A stretch of DNA of 64,000 nt from NCBI GenBank assembly GCA_963612725.1, contig CAVDWM010000005.1, positions 16,363 to 80,362 on the forward strand, written 5' to 3'. The notes below the pieces were generated by a model that did no database searches, had not been told where the DNA came from, and saw only the letters and a list, made by a program, of their open reading frames with translations. Both the position numbers and the translations under genes were made by a program. The DNA comes from Faecalibacterium prausnitzii (lineage in GTDB: Bacteria; Bacillota; Clostridia; Oscillospirales; Acutalibacteraceae). Of the stretch, positions 9,071-18,127 are shown piece by piece (position 1 is the first letter of the stretch; every line of letters begins with the position of its first letter).

Positions 9071-9623
9071 CCCGTTTTTGCGTCCGGCTGCGGGGCAGAA
9101 GCTTAGCCTTCGCCAGTACCTTGACGAGGGTCGGGATTATCGCAAGCTGTATAACAAGCCCCGGCAGGCAGGTGACGAACGAAGCAGTCACCCAGACGGA
9201 GAAAGAGTAGTCTCCGGCGGAGAAAATAAGAGCTTTGAGTATGCCCGAGACGACGCGCCCGGAGATGAGCGCGACAACGAGGCTCGTATAGAGCGGGAGA
9301 TATGCGGTCTTATACTTGAACGCATACATCATAAGACCCGTCACCGCGCCGTAGACCGCGAGCTCCGCCGTCATCGACGGCAGGATAGCCATGGGCGGCA
9401 TCTGGGTCAGAAGCGACGAGAGCAGAGGACCGAGCAGACCGCATACGAGTCCGTACTGCCAGCCGCAGATAAGCCCGCACAGCAGCACCGGAATATGCAT
9501 CGGCAAAAATACCGTTCCGGCGTTTTTGACCGTATGGAACGCCATGGGCAGCACGATACACAGCGCAACGCACAGCGCGGTTACGACTGTCTTTCTGATT
9601 CTCACTGAGCTTTTGTTTGTCAT
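9066..9623 (-). CDS. ECF-transporter S-component-like small polytopic membrane protein (substrate unknown)
   Basis: About 185 aa, 5-6 TM segments, Gly/Pro-containing helices (FLPMHIPVLLCGLICGWQYGL). Start at MTNKSS (AAAGGA RBS). Preceded by a structured leader of about 150 nt with an extended -10. Confidence 0.4.
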   Translation of the reverse strand: MTNKSSVRIRKTVVTALCVALCIVLPMAFHTVKNAGTVFLPMHIPVLLCGLICGWQYGLVCGLLGPLLSSLLTQMPPMAILPSMTAELAVYGAVTGLMMYAFKYKTAYLPLYTSLVVALISGRVVSGILKALIFSAGDYSFSVWVTASFVTCLPGLVIQLAIIPTLVKVLAKAKLLPRSRTQKRA

Positions 9624-9792
9624 GGGGATCGTCCTTTCAAAAAGCAAAAAGCGGGGGCACGGCACTCCCTTCCGGAAGCGCAGTTACCCTCGCGGCAATG
9701 TTTTCACGGTATTTCTAAAAAAACTTCGCTCTCTTCTGAAAGCCCGATCCCTTCGTGAGATCACGGCTATTATATCACATTTCGGGAGAAAA

Positions 9793-10197
9793 TCAAGACC
9801 CTTTTCCGATTTCCTTCACGGCTGCCTGAACGAGCTTCGCCATCGGGATATCTCCGACACCGACGACTATATTGTCGCAGTGGTTGACGGGAATCAGAAC
9901 ACGCTTTGCGTCGCTCTGCCCTATCGCCTCCGCCATCTTGGGCGTTATCTCGCCGAACAGCGCGTCCGATATGACTATGCCTATGGGTCCCGTTATGACA
10001 TCCGCCCTGCGGCATCCGACGCACACGGCGTTTTCGCCCGTTGCGGCGGCATCCGCGCCCGCCTTGAGCATGGCTGAGGTCGCGATGCTGTTCGCGCCGA
10101 CGGCGGTCACGAAGAAGTCCGGATATTCGCTTTTTATCCCGGAAACGAGCAGCTTGCCTATTCCGCCGCCCTGACCGTCTATAACAAGTACATTCAT
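9793..10197 (-). CDS. DUF3842-like protein
   Basis: N-terminus MNVLVIDGQGGGIGK, about 134 aa, matches the DUF3842 signature as I recall it. Confidence 0.5.
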   Translation of the reverse strand: MNVLVIDGQGGGIGKLLVSGIKSEYPDFFVTAVGANSIATSAMLKAGADAAATGENAVCVGCRRADVITGPIGIVISDALFGEITPKMAEAIGQSDAKRVLIPVNHCDNIVVGVGDIPMAKLVQAAVKEIGKGS

Positions 10198-10210
10198 ATC
10201 AGTCTCTCCG

Positions 10211-10699
10211 TCAGTTTTTCACGGGCTCGAACATATCCCCGTCAACGCCGCAGTTTTCGCAGCGGTCGGGCGCGGTGTCACCCTCGATTTCAAAGCCGCA
10301 TATCGAGCAGCGCATACGCGCAATTCCGTCCCTCTGAGCCTTGAACAGCTCGGCGGGTGCCTCGCATTTCGGGCACTTCTCCGGCGCATTCTCGCTCTTT
10401 ATCTTCAGCCCGCAGACCGCGCAGACCCATGTTCTTGTCAGTGCGGGACGGCGCTCCTCGATAAGCTCGCCGCCGACTCCGCAGTTCTCACAGCGTTCGG
10501 GCGCGGTTTCGCACTCATGGACATGTCCGCATATCGTGCAGACGAATACGGGTTCTCTTTTCTCTTCCCTTGGCTCCGCAACAGGCTGTGAAAGCGACGC
10601 GGGAGCCGAGCAGTTCGGGCATTTATCCGCGTCCGCGTCAAACGTGCGTCCGCATACGGCGCAGTGTATCTTCATGCCCGTATTTCCCTCTTTGCTCAC
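10211..10699 (-). CDS. Four-repeat zinc-ribbon (rubredoxin-like CxxC...CxxC) protein
   Basis: Four repeats, each with two CxxC pairs about 10-12 residues apart (CAVCG..CPNC; CTICG..CENCG; CAVCG..CPKCE; CSICG..CENCG). Confidence 0.55.
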   Translation of the reverse strand: MSKEGNTGMKIHCAVCGRTFDADADKCPNCSAPASLSQPVAEPREEKREPVFVCTICGHVHECETAPERCENCGVGGELIEERRPALTRTWVCAVCGLKIKSENAPEKCPKCEAPAELFKAQRDGIARMRCSICGFEIEGDTAPDRCENCGVDGDMFEPVKN

Positions 10700-10854
10700 A
10701 GAATCCCTCCGTTTTTATATTTTTCCCTATGCCGCACCTGTCGGCGCAGTGCTCGGTGTATCTCTATTTTATCATTGAATATACCGAAAAGTCAAGTTGT
10801 GCGAGCGGCACGGATACGATAAAATGACGGGCAGAAAAAGAAAGGGTGAACAAT

Positions 10855-10977
10855 ATGGGACTTTATATACTTCCCGCCGTGCTCGCAGTCCCGGTCATAT
10901 TCATATGCATACTGCTCATAAGAGCCGCGCTCGCCCCGAAAGGCAGTACGCAGGTCTTTCGGGGCGTGATTTTTTAA
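10855..10977 (+). CDS. Possible 40-aa hydrophobic small protein
   Basis: AAAGGGTGA RBS before the ATG. The peptide MGLYILPAVLAVPVIFICILLIRAALAPKGSTQVFRGVIF ends inside an 11-bp GC stem + T5 terminator (CGCCCCGAAAG...CTTTCGGGGCG). Confidence 0.25.
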   Translation: MGLYILPAVLAVPVIFICILLIRAALAPKGSTQVFRGVIF

Positions 10978-11573
10978 TCTATTCCGTATTTTTCGCGTAT
11001 GACATCTCTTATCTGCGGGAACGGTATTACGGGCGGCTGATTTTCAAGATGCTCTCCGATGAGCTTCTCCATCCAGACCATGCCGTACCAGCGGTGGAAT
11101 TTGTACCCGCATTTCGTGAAGCCGCCGACCATGCGGTAGCCGAGATGCGCGTGGAATTCCGCGCTGTTTTTCGTCAGATATTCGTCCTCTTTTTCGGGAT
11201 AAGCTATGCAGGCGTTCATGCTGAGAAAGCCCTGCTCGCGCAGCACGGTCTCAAAAGCGTCGTGGAGCCTTCTGCCGAGTCCGCAGCCGCGGGCATTCCT
11301 GTCGAGATAGATCGATGTCTCGACCGCCCAGTCATATGCCGGACGCGGATGGAGCGGACCCGCATAGGCATAGCCGAGGATATCGCCGTCCCTTTCGAGC
11401 ACGAGATACGGAAATCTTTTAAGCGTCGATTCTATTCTCCTGCGGAACTCCTCCTCGCTCGGCACATCGTATTCATATGTTACCGAGGTGTTTTTGACAT
11501 AAGGCGCATATATTTCGAGCAGCACCGGCGCGTCGTCGGGCGTTGCCGCACGGATTTTTATTCTGTCCGTCAT
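10974..11573 (-). CDS. GNAT-family N-acetyltransferase
   Basis: Acetyl-CoA binding motif RGCGLGRRL, about 200 aa. Confidence 0.8.
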   Translation of the reverse strand: MTDRIKIRAATPDDAPVLLEIYAPYVKNTSVTYEYDVPSEEEFRRRIESTLKRFPYLVLERDGDILGYAYAGPLHPRPAYDWAVETSIYLDRNARGCGLGRRLHDAFETVLREQGFLSMNACIAYPEKEDEYLTKNSAEFHAHLGYRMVGGFTKCGYKFHRWYGMVWMEKLIGEHLENQPPVIPFPQIRDVIREKYGID

Positions 11574-11574
11574 C

Positions 11575-12957
11575 TCATTTTGCCTCCCCCTTTTTCTGTG
11601 CCTCGAGCTTTTTCATCGCCCTGCCGAACTGAACGGTAAAGAGTATTGAAGTGAAGGTTATCGCGATAACATCCGCCACGGGCTCTGCCGTATATACGCC
11701 CATTGTTTTGTCCGCAACGAGCATCGGCATTATATAGATGAGCGGCAGAAGCAGCACGAATTTGCGCACGACCGCGACCGAGATCGAGCACAGTGCACTG
11801 CCTATCGACACGAACGCCATCTGGCATGACATCTGTATACCGAACAGACAGAGCACGGCGCAGTAAATGCGCAGGGCGTGCGCGGTGAAGGCTATAAGCC
11901 CCGAATCGGAGCTGAACATCCTTGCAAAGCTCTGCGGGAACAGCTCGATTAAGCCCCAGAGCAGGAACGAATAAGTAAGGCACACGGCAAGTAGCAGCCT
12001 GAATGTCTTTCGGACGCGCTCGCTGTTGCCCGCGCCGTAATTGTAGCTGAGGATGGGCTGAGCACCCTGCGAAATGCCGTTGAGCGGCAGCATGGCGAAC
12101 TGCATGACGCTCGTGAGTATCGTCATCGCACCGACTGCGATATCGCCGCCGTATCTGAGCAGAGACGAGTTGAAGCAGACGGAGATAACGCTCTCGCTCG
12201 ACTGCATGATAAATGTCGCAAGCCCGAGCGTAACACACGGCAAAATAATTTTAGGGGAGACGAAGAAATTCTTCGTCTTCAGGCGCAATACGGTCTTTTT
12301 GCCGAAGAGGAACGCCACGACCCATACGCACGAGACGCACTGCGATATAATCGTCGCGAGCGCGGCGCCCTTGACTCCCATATTCAGACCGAAAATAAAT
12401 ATCGGATCGAGCACTATATTCGACACCGCGCCTATCATAACGGTCACCATGCCGATATTTGCGAAGCCCTGCGCCGTTATAAATGCGTTCATGCCGAGGG
12501 TCAGCTGAACAAATACGGTGCCCACGGCGTAGATATTCATATAATCGACCGCGTATTCAATAGTGTTCTCGCTCGCGCCGAACGCGAGAAGCAGGTCGCG
12601 GTCAAAAATAAGCAGCAGCGCAGTCAAAACGGCGGATATGACTATCTGCATGGAGAAGCAGCCGCCGAGTATTTTTTCAGCCGAATCGTTGTCGCCCTTG
12701 CCCATGGATATGGACGCTCTGGGAGCACCGCCCGCGCTGACAAACGCGGCAAACGCCGAGATTATCATAATTATCGGCAGGCACACGCCGACACCGGTCA
12801 GCGCAAGACTGCCGTTGCCGGGCATATGTCCGATATATATGCGGTCAACGATGTTATAGAGCATATTGACTATCTGCGCCACGACCGTCGGGAGCGAGAG
12901 CCTGAAAAGCAGCTTCCCTATCGGCTGAGTGCCGAGAAACGATTTGTCTTTTTCCAT
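11575..12957 (-). CDS. MATE-family efflux transporter
   Basis: 460 aa, 12 TM segments, typical MATE N-terminus (LGTQPIGKLLFRLSLPTVVAQIVNMLYNIVDRIYIG). Confidence 0.85.
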   Translation of the reverse strand: MEKDKSFLGTQPIGKLLFRLSLPTVVAQIVNMLYNIVDRIYIGHMPGNGSLALTGVGVCLPIIMIISAFAAFVSAGGAPRASISMGKGDNDSAEKILGGCFSMQIVISAVLTALLLIFDRDLLLAFGASENTIEYAVDYMNIYAVGTVFVQLTLGMNAFITAQGFANIGMVTVMIGAVSNIVLDPIFIFGLNMGVKGAALATIISQCVSCVWVVAFLFGKKTVLRLKTKNFFVSPKIILPCVTLGLATFIMQSSESVISVCFNSSLLRYGGDIAVGAMTILTSVMQFAMLPLNGISQGAQPILSYNYGAGNSERVRKTFRLLLAVCLTYSFLLWGLIELFPQSFARMFSSDSGLIAFTAHALRIYCAVLCLFGIQMSCQMAFVSIGSALCSISVAVVRKFVLLLPLIYIMPMLVADKTMGVYTAEPVADVIAITFTSILFTVQFGRAMKKLEAQKKGEAK

Positions 12958-13178
12958 TTGAGTTAGCCCTTTCGTGCCTTTTGAATGCGTAAAGCGAACA
13001 GTTTAATTATATAACCGCTCCGTCGGTTGTCAAGTGGGAAACGCGCCGTTTTGCCGACATATGCGGATACCGCGGCTTTGTTTCTCAATTATCAGGTATA
13101 TTCGGTTAAAGACAGAACTGACTCCGAGCACAAATCGAAGTCAGTTCGCCGTTTAAAGCTTAATTTTTTCGTTTTTAA

Positions 13179-15122
13179 TTATTCCAGCTCAAATGCACCG
13201 GTGTAGAGGCGGTAGTATGTGCCCTTTTCGGCGATGAGCTTTTCGTGGTTGCCGCGCTCGATTATTCTGCCGTGGTCGAGCACCATTATGACATCCGAGT
13301 TCTGAACGGTCGAGAGGCGGTGCGCGATGACAAAGACCGTGCGCCCCTTCATCAGCTTATCCATGCCGCCCTGAACGAGTGCCTCGGTGCGCGTATCTAT
13401 CGAGGATGTCGCCTCGTCGAGGATCATGACGGGCGGGTCGGAGACCGCCGCACGGGCTATCGATATCAGCTGACGCTGACCCTGTGAGAGCCCTGAGCCG
13501 TCGCCCTTGAGCATGGTGTTGTAGCCATCCGGAAGCATACGGATAAAGCCGTCCGCATTCGCGAGCTTCGCCGCCGCAATGCACTGCTCGTCGGTCGCCT
13601 CGGGATTGCCGTAGCGGATATTCTCCATGACCGTGCCCGTGAACAGGTTGACATCCTGGAGCACAACGCCGAGACTGCGGCGCAGATCCGCCTTCTTTAT
13701 CTTGTTGATATTTATTCCGTCATAGCGTATCTTGCCGTCCGCTATGTCATAGAAGCGGTTTATGAGATTTGTTATTGTGGTCTTGCCCGCTCCGGTCGCG
13801 CCGACGAAGGCAACCTTCTGACCCGGCTCTGCGTAGAGCGTGATGTCGTGAAGAACTTCCTTTTCGGGGACATAGCCGAAATCGACATGGTCGAGCACGA
13901 CCTGACCCTCAAGCTTCGTATAGGTCAGAGTGCCGTCGCCGTGGGGATGCTTCCACGCCCACATTCCCGTGTGCTCCCTGACCTCGACTATCTCGCCGTT
14001 CTCCTCCTTCGCGTTTACGAGGGTGACATATCCGTCGTCGGGCTCGGGCTCTTCGTCCATGAAGGTGAAGATTCGCTCGGCACCCGCAAGGGCGTTGACT
14101 ATCGAGTTGAACTGGTTTGATATCTGGGATATCGGGTTTATGAAGTTGCGCGAGAGCACGAGGAACGAGGCTATCATGCCGAGCGACATGGTGTTTATTC
14201 CGGTCAGTCCGAGATTTTTTGTGCCGGCGATCGCCATATATGAGCCGATAACGGCGAGCAGGATGTAGAGAAAATAACCGAACGCATTCGTCATGGGCAT
14301 CATCGAGGTCGCGTGACCGTTTGCACTCGCCGCGTTGCGCTCCCATGTGGAGTTGCGCTGCTTCATCTCTTTCTTCGACTGTTCTTCGTGGCAAAAGACC
14401 TTTATGACCTTCTGACCGTTTATCATCTCTTCGATATAGCCGTCGAGATCTGCAAGCGCTCTCTGCTGGGCTACAAAATACGAGCCGCTCTTGCCGACAA
14501 CCTTCTTGATTATCTGCATAATGAAGAACAGCGATACGCACACAACGAGCGTCAGACCGACGCTGATGTAGAGCATACAGCAGAAGACCGCCGCAACGGT
14601 GAACGCCGAGGATATCAGCTGACCCATCGACTGCGCGAGCATCTGACGCAGGGTGTCGGTATCGTTGGTATAGAGGCTCATCGTGTCGCCGTGGGTGTGC
14701 GAATCGAAATATCTTATCGGCAGTCGCTGCATCTTCTCAAACATCTCGTCGCGTATGGTCTTGAGCGTGCCCTGAGCGACAGTCACCATTCGGCGGTTAT
14801 AGACAAGCGTCGAAACTGTGCCGATAAGGTAGATGACCGCCATCATTATCAGTGCGCGTATAAAGCCGGAGAAGTCGGGTGAGGACTGACCGATCATCGG
14901 GGTTATATAGTCGTCGATAAGTGACTGCAGGAACATCGACGACGCCGCACCCGCAACCGAGCTGAGCAGGATGCAGACCGTGACAAGAATCAGTGAACCC
15001 TTGTATTTTTTGGGATATGAGAGCAGCCGCCTGAGCGTTTTCATATCAAGCTTTCTCGGCTGCATCCCGGGTCCGCCGGGCATTCCCTTCGGTCCGCCGT
15101 GCATGGGCATAGGCTTACTCAT
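13179..15122 (-). CDS. ABC transporter permease/ATP-binding protein (type I exporter, MDR-like)
   Basis: 6-TM domain + NBD with Walker A GATGAGKTT, signature LSQGQRQ and Walker B ILDEATSS. Start chosen at MSKPMPM (GGAGGGG, 6 nt, ATG), overlapping the upstream ABC stop. Confidence 0.85.
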   Translation of the reverse strand: MSKPMPMHGGPKGMPGGPGMQPRKLDMKTLRRLLSYPKKYKGSLILVTVCILLSSVAGAASSMFLQSLIDDYITPMIGQSSPDFSGFIRALIMMAVIYLIGTVSTLVYNRRMVTVAQGTLKTIRDEMFEKMQRLPIRYFDSHTHGDTMSLYTNDTDTLRQMLAQSMGQLISSAFTVAAVFCCMLYISVGLTLVVCVSLFFIMQIIKKVVGKSGSYFVAQQRALADLDGYIEEMINGQKVIKVFCHEEQSKKEMKQRNSTWERNAASANGHATSMMPMTNAFGYFLYILLAVIGSYMAIAGTKNLGLTGINTMSLGMIASFLVLSRNFINPISQISNQFNSIVNALAGAERIFTFMDEEPEPDDGYVTLVNAKEENGEIVEVREHTGMWAWKHPHGDGTLTYTKLEGQVVLDHVDFGYVPEKEVLHDITLYAEPGQKVAFVGATGAGKTTITNLINRFYDIADGKIRYDGININKIKKADLRRSLGVVLQDVNLFTGTVMENIRYGNPEATDEQCIAAAKLANADGFIRMLPDGYNTMLKGDGSGLSQGQRQLISIARAAVSDPPVMILDEATSSIDTRTEALVQGGMDKLMKGRTVFVIAHRLSTVQNSDVIMVLDHGRIIERGNHEKLIAEKGTYYRLYTGAFELE

Positions 15123-16866
15123 CGTCATCCCCTCCCTTCTGCTGGGATTCATAAACCTCGCGATAGATGTCGCAGGATTTCAGCAGCTCGTCATGCGTGC
15201 CCTGAGCGACTATTCTGCCGTTGTCGAACACGAGTATTTTATCCGCGTGCTGAACCGAACTTATGCGCTGGGCGATGATCAGCTTCGTCGTGTCGGGCAT
15301 ATATTGCGAAAGTCCCTTTTGAATCAGCGCGTCGGTGTGGGTATCGACCGCGCTTGTCGAGTCGTCAAGAATAAGCACCTTGGGATTCTTTAGCAATGCG
15401 CGCGCTATGCACAGCCTCTGCTTCTGACCGCCGGAGACATTCGTGCCGCCCTGTTCGATATAGGTGTTGTAGCCGTCGGGCATCGCGCTGACGAATTCGT
15501 CAGCCTGGGCGAGCTCGCAGGCGTGCTTTATTTCATCATCGGTCGCATTCTCGTTACCCCAGCGCAGGTTCTCCGATATCGTGCCGGAGAACAGCTCGTT
15601 CTTCTGGAGCACCATTGCAACCGAGTTTCTCAGCGTGTCGAGGTCATAATTCCTGACATCCACGCCGCCGAGCATCACCTCGCCGCCCGTTACATCGTAA
15701 AGACGCGGGATGAGCTGGACAAATGAGGATTTTGACGAGCCCGTGCCGCCGATTATGCCGACCGTCTCGCCCGAGGAAATATGCACATTGATATTTTCGA
15801 GCACCTTCGTGTCCGCCTTTGATGCGTATGCAAAGTTGACATCATTATAGTCTATCTCGCCGTTTTTAACCTCGAGAATCGGGTTCTCCGGATTCGAGAT
15901 ATCGGTCTTTTCGTTGAGAATCTCCGCTATACGCTGAGCGGAGGAGCTCGCGATAATCATCATGGCAAAGACCATGGAGAGCATCATAAGGCTCATGAGT
16001 ATCTGCATGGCATAGGTGAACAGAGCCGTGAGAGAGCCGGTGGTCAAACCGAGATCTGCGTTGTTGCCGCTGGCGATGACCGCCTTTGCTCCGAGCCACG
16101 AGATGAGAATCATACAGGTATACATACACACCTGCATAATAGGCGAGTTGAGCGCGATAAGTCGCTCCGCCTTTGCGAAATCCCTGTATATCTTCTCCGA
16201 TATTTTCTCAAACTTGCTTATCTCATGCTCCTCACGGTTGAAGGACTTGACGACTCTTATTCCGCGCACATTCTCCTGAACGATATTATTCAAATCGTCG
16301 TAGGTATGGAAAACGCGCTTGAACACGGGATGTACCTTGAGAACTATCAGCATGAGCAGAGCCGCAAGGACGGGTATAACAGCGATAAAGATAAGCGATA
16401 TCCGATAGCTTATTCTGAACGAGACTATCATGGCGAACACGAGCATAACGGGTCCGCGTATCGCTATTCTTATGAGCATCTGATAGGCGTTTTGGATATT
16501 CGTGACATCCGTTGTCAGCCTTGTGACTATCGACGCGGTTGAAAATTTGTCGATGTTCGAGAAGGCGAAGGTCTGAACATTGTCGTACATATCGCTGCGC
16601 AGATTCGCGCCGAAGCCGGCGGACGCACGCGAGCCGAGGAACGCCGCGAGCATTCCCGTTATCATCTGGAACACCGCAAGGATGAGCAGCGCCAGACCGT
16701 ATTTCCAGACCATGGATATAACTCCGCCCTCGATGCCGTTGTCGATAAGACCGGACATGCAAAGCGGAATGACTATCTCGAACACGACTTCAAATGCCGA
16801 GAAAAATATTGTCACCCATGATACCGCCTTATATTGCCGCATACTTTTTTGCAAGGTTTTTATCAT
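15115..16866 (-). CDS. ABC transporter permease/ATP-binding protein (type I exporter, heterodimer partner)
   Basis: Walker A GGTGSSKSS, signature VSGGQKQR, Walker B ILDDSTSAVD. Start at MIKTLQ (GAGGGAG RBS), 5 nt after the marR stop. Confidence 0.85.
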   Translation of the reverse strand: MIKTLQKSMRQYKAVSWVTIFFSAFEVVFEIVIPLCMSGLIDNGIEGGVISMVWKYGLALLILAVFQMITGMLAAFLGSRASAGFGANLRSDMYDNVQTFAFSNIDKFSTASIVTRLTTDVTNIQNAYQMLIRIAIRGPVMLVFAMIVSFRISYRISLIFIAVIPVLAALLMLIVLKVHPVFKRVFHTYDDLNNIVQENVRGIRVVKSFNREEHEISKFEKISEKIYRDFAKAERLIALNSPIMQVCMYTCMILISWLGAKAVIASGNNADLGLTTGSLTALFTYAMQILMSLMMLSMVFAMMIIASSSAQRIAEILNEKTDISNPENPILEVKNGEIDYNDVNFAYASKADTKVLENINVHISSGETVGIIGGTGSSKSSFVQLIPRLYDVTGGEVMLGGVDVRNYDLDTLRNSVAMVLQKNELFSGTISENLRWGNENATDDEIKHACELAQADEFVSAMPDGYNTYIEQGGTNVSGGQKQRLCIARALLKNPKVLILDDSTSAVDTHTDALIQKGLSQYMPDTTKLIIAQRISSVQHADKILVFDNGRIVAQGTHDELLKSCDIYREVYESQQKGGDDDE

Positions 16867-16870
16867 GTTC

Positions 16871-17341
16871 TCACTCCCTCTTTTCTTTTTTTGCCGCACT
16901 TTCCGATTTGCAGCCTGGGCGGCTGTCAATGTCAAGGTTATTGCATATTCTTATCAGATATCCGCGCAGCTGCCCGACCTCTTCTTCGCTGAACGATCTG
17001 AGCATTGCCCGCTCGCCGTTGTCAATTGAACGGCGTATCTCAAGATTGATATCCTTGGCCTTGTCGGTCAGCCGCACGACCTTGTTTCTTTTGTCCGACG
17101 GGTCGGTGCAGGTCGTCAGAAAGCCGCTCTGCTCCATGCGTGTAACTATGCCGACAACCGTCGGATGCGAGACATGGGCATAATCCTCTATTTCCTTTTG
17201 AGTCGTCTGACCGCCGTGCTCGGCGAGGAATCTCAAAATCCGCGACTGAGCAAAGGTCAGCCCGTGCTTGCCGAGCTCCGCGTCGGCGTTCGATTTCAGG
17301 CGGTTGTCTATGCGCTTGAAAAAATATCCGATATGCTCCAT
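16871..17341 (-). CDS. MarR-family transcriptional regulator
   Basis: Winged-HTH motif (LTFAQSRILRFLAEHGGQTTQKEIEDYAHVSHPTVVGIVTRMEQSGFL). First gene of the marR-ABC-ABC operon. Confidence 0.8.
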   Translation of the reverse strand: MEHIGYFFKRIDNRLKSNADAELGKHGLTFAQSRILRFLAEHGGQTTQKEIEDYAHVSHPTVVGIVTRMEQSGFLTTCTDPSDKRNKVVRLTDKAKDINLEIRRSIDNGERAMLRSFSEEEVGQLRGYLIRICNNLDIDSRPGCKSESAAKKEKRE

Positions 17342-17383
17342 GGTCTTCTCCTTTCCGCAAAAGCAGCTTTAAGCAAACATTAA

Positions 17384-17399
17384 GTGTAGCACGCTACAC
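17384..17399. promoter_or_regulatory. Perfect inverted repeat GTGTAGC-ac-GCTACAC (candidate MarR operator)
   Basis: Read directly, about 45 nt upstream of the marR start codon. Confidence 0.35.
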
Positions 17400-17471
17400 A
17401 TTATACATATCCGAGCGCCGATTGTCAACAATATGTTTGTAAACAATTTGTGACCTCGGCGCCGAAGATTT

Positions 17472-17999
17472 TTATGTTCCGTTTTCGTTGAGATTAAAGA
17501 CGGTGCGTATGAGCTCGGACGCCGCACGGATGCTGTGCTCGTCGGGGTTCAGAAGCAGCAGCCGCGAGGTGCCGCCGATGCAGAAGATTATTTTTTCTTT
17601 GCGCTCCGGCTCATCGTCCTCGTGAAGATATATCTTGAAAAGAGCCGCCTCCGCATCGTTGAGCAAGGTCGCGATATCGTCTGCGTAAAGCGCACGGATG
17701 AGCCGTTCCTCGCGGATTATCGTGCCGACTATCTCGGAAACAAAGGCGTATGTGTCGCTGAACGCCTTCTCCGCGCAGTCGCAGTGGCTGAGAATATCCT
17801 CCACCGTTTCGCGGCAGATATACCGATGAAGGCTCTCCATGGTGTCATAGTGTGAATAAAATGTCGTTTTGTTGATAAGTGCCTCGCGGCAAAGGTCGCT
17901 GACCTTGACGGGCGATGGGCTTCTCAGGCGCATATCGACATATGTATGCACAATAAGCCGCTCCGTTTTGATATATCGCAGATCGTTTTTGTTCACCAT
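17472..17999 (-). CDS. TetR/AcrR-family transcriptional regulator
   Basis: N-terminal HTH (VSDLCREALINKTTFYSHY) and an alpha-helical C-terminal domain. Confidence 0.6.
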   Translation of the reverse strand: MVNKNDLRYIKTERLIVHTYVDMRLRSPSPVKVSDLCREALINKTTFYSHYDTMESLHRYICRETVEDILSHCDCAEKAFSDTYAFVSEIVGTIIREERLIRALYADDIATLLNDAEAALFKIYLHEDDEPERKEKIIFCIGGTSRLLLLNPDEHSIRAASELIRTVFNLNENGT

Positions 18000-18054
18000 T
18001 TAAACGCCTCTTTTCTGAAACCAGTCGTTTATCTTACCAAATCGCAAAACAGTT

Positions 18055-18087
18055 TCTTGATTAGACAACTTTAGTTGCTTATAATGT
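18055..18087 (+). promoter_or_regulatory. Promoter TTGATT, about 16 nt, TATAAT, with embedded inverted repeat CAACT-tt-AGTTG (candidate TetR operator), in the divergent region
   Basis: ttgattagacaactttagttgcttataatg is read directly. Confidence 0.35.
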
Positions 18088-18127
18088 TAGCATATACTAA
18101 AAGATATTACAAGGGGGAGTGCGCCGA

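Noticed and set aside
10797-11639. 280-aa plus-strand ORF
   Set aside because: Antisense to the GNAT acetyltransferase. Only the small separate 40-codon ORF upstream (different frame) has RBS/terminator support.
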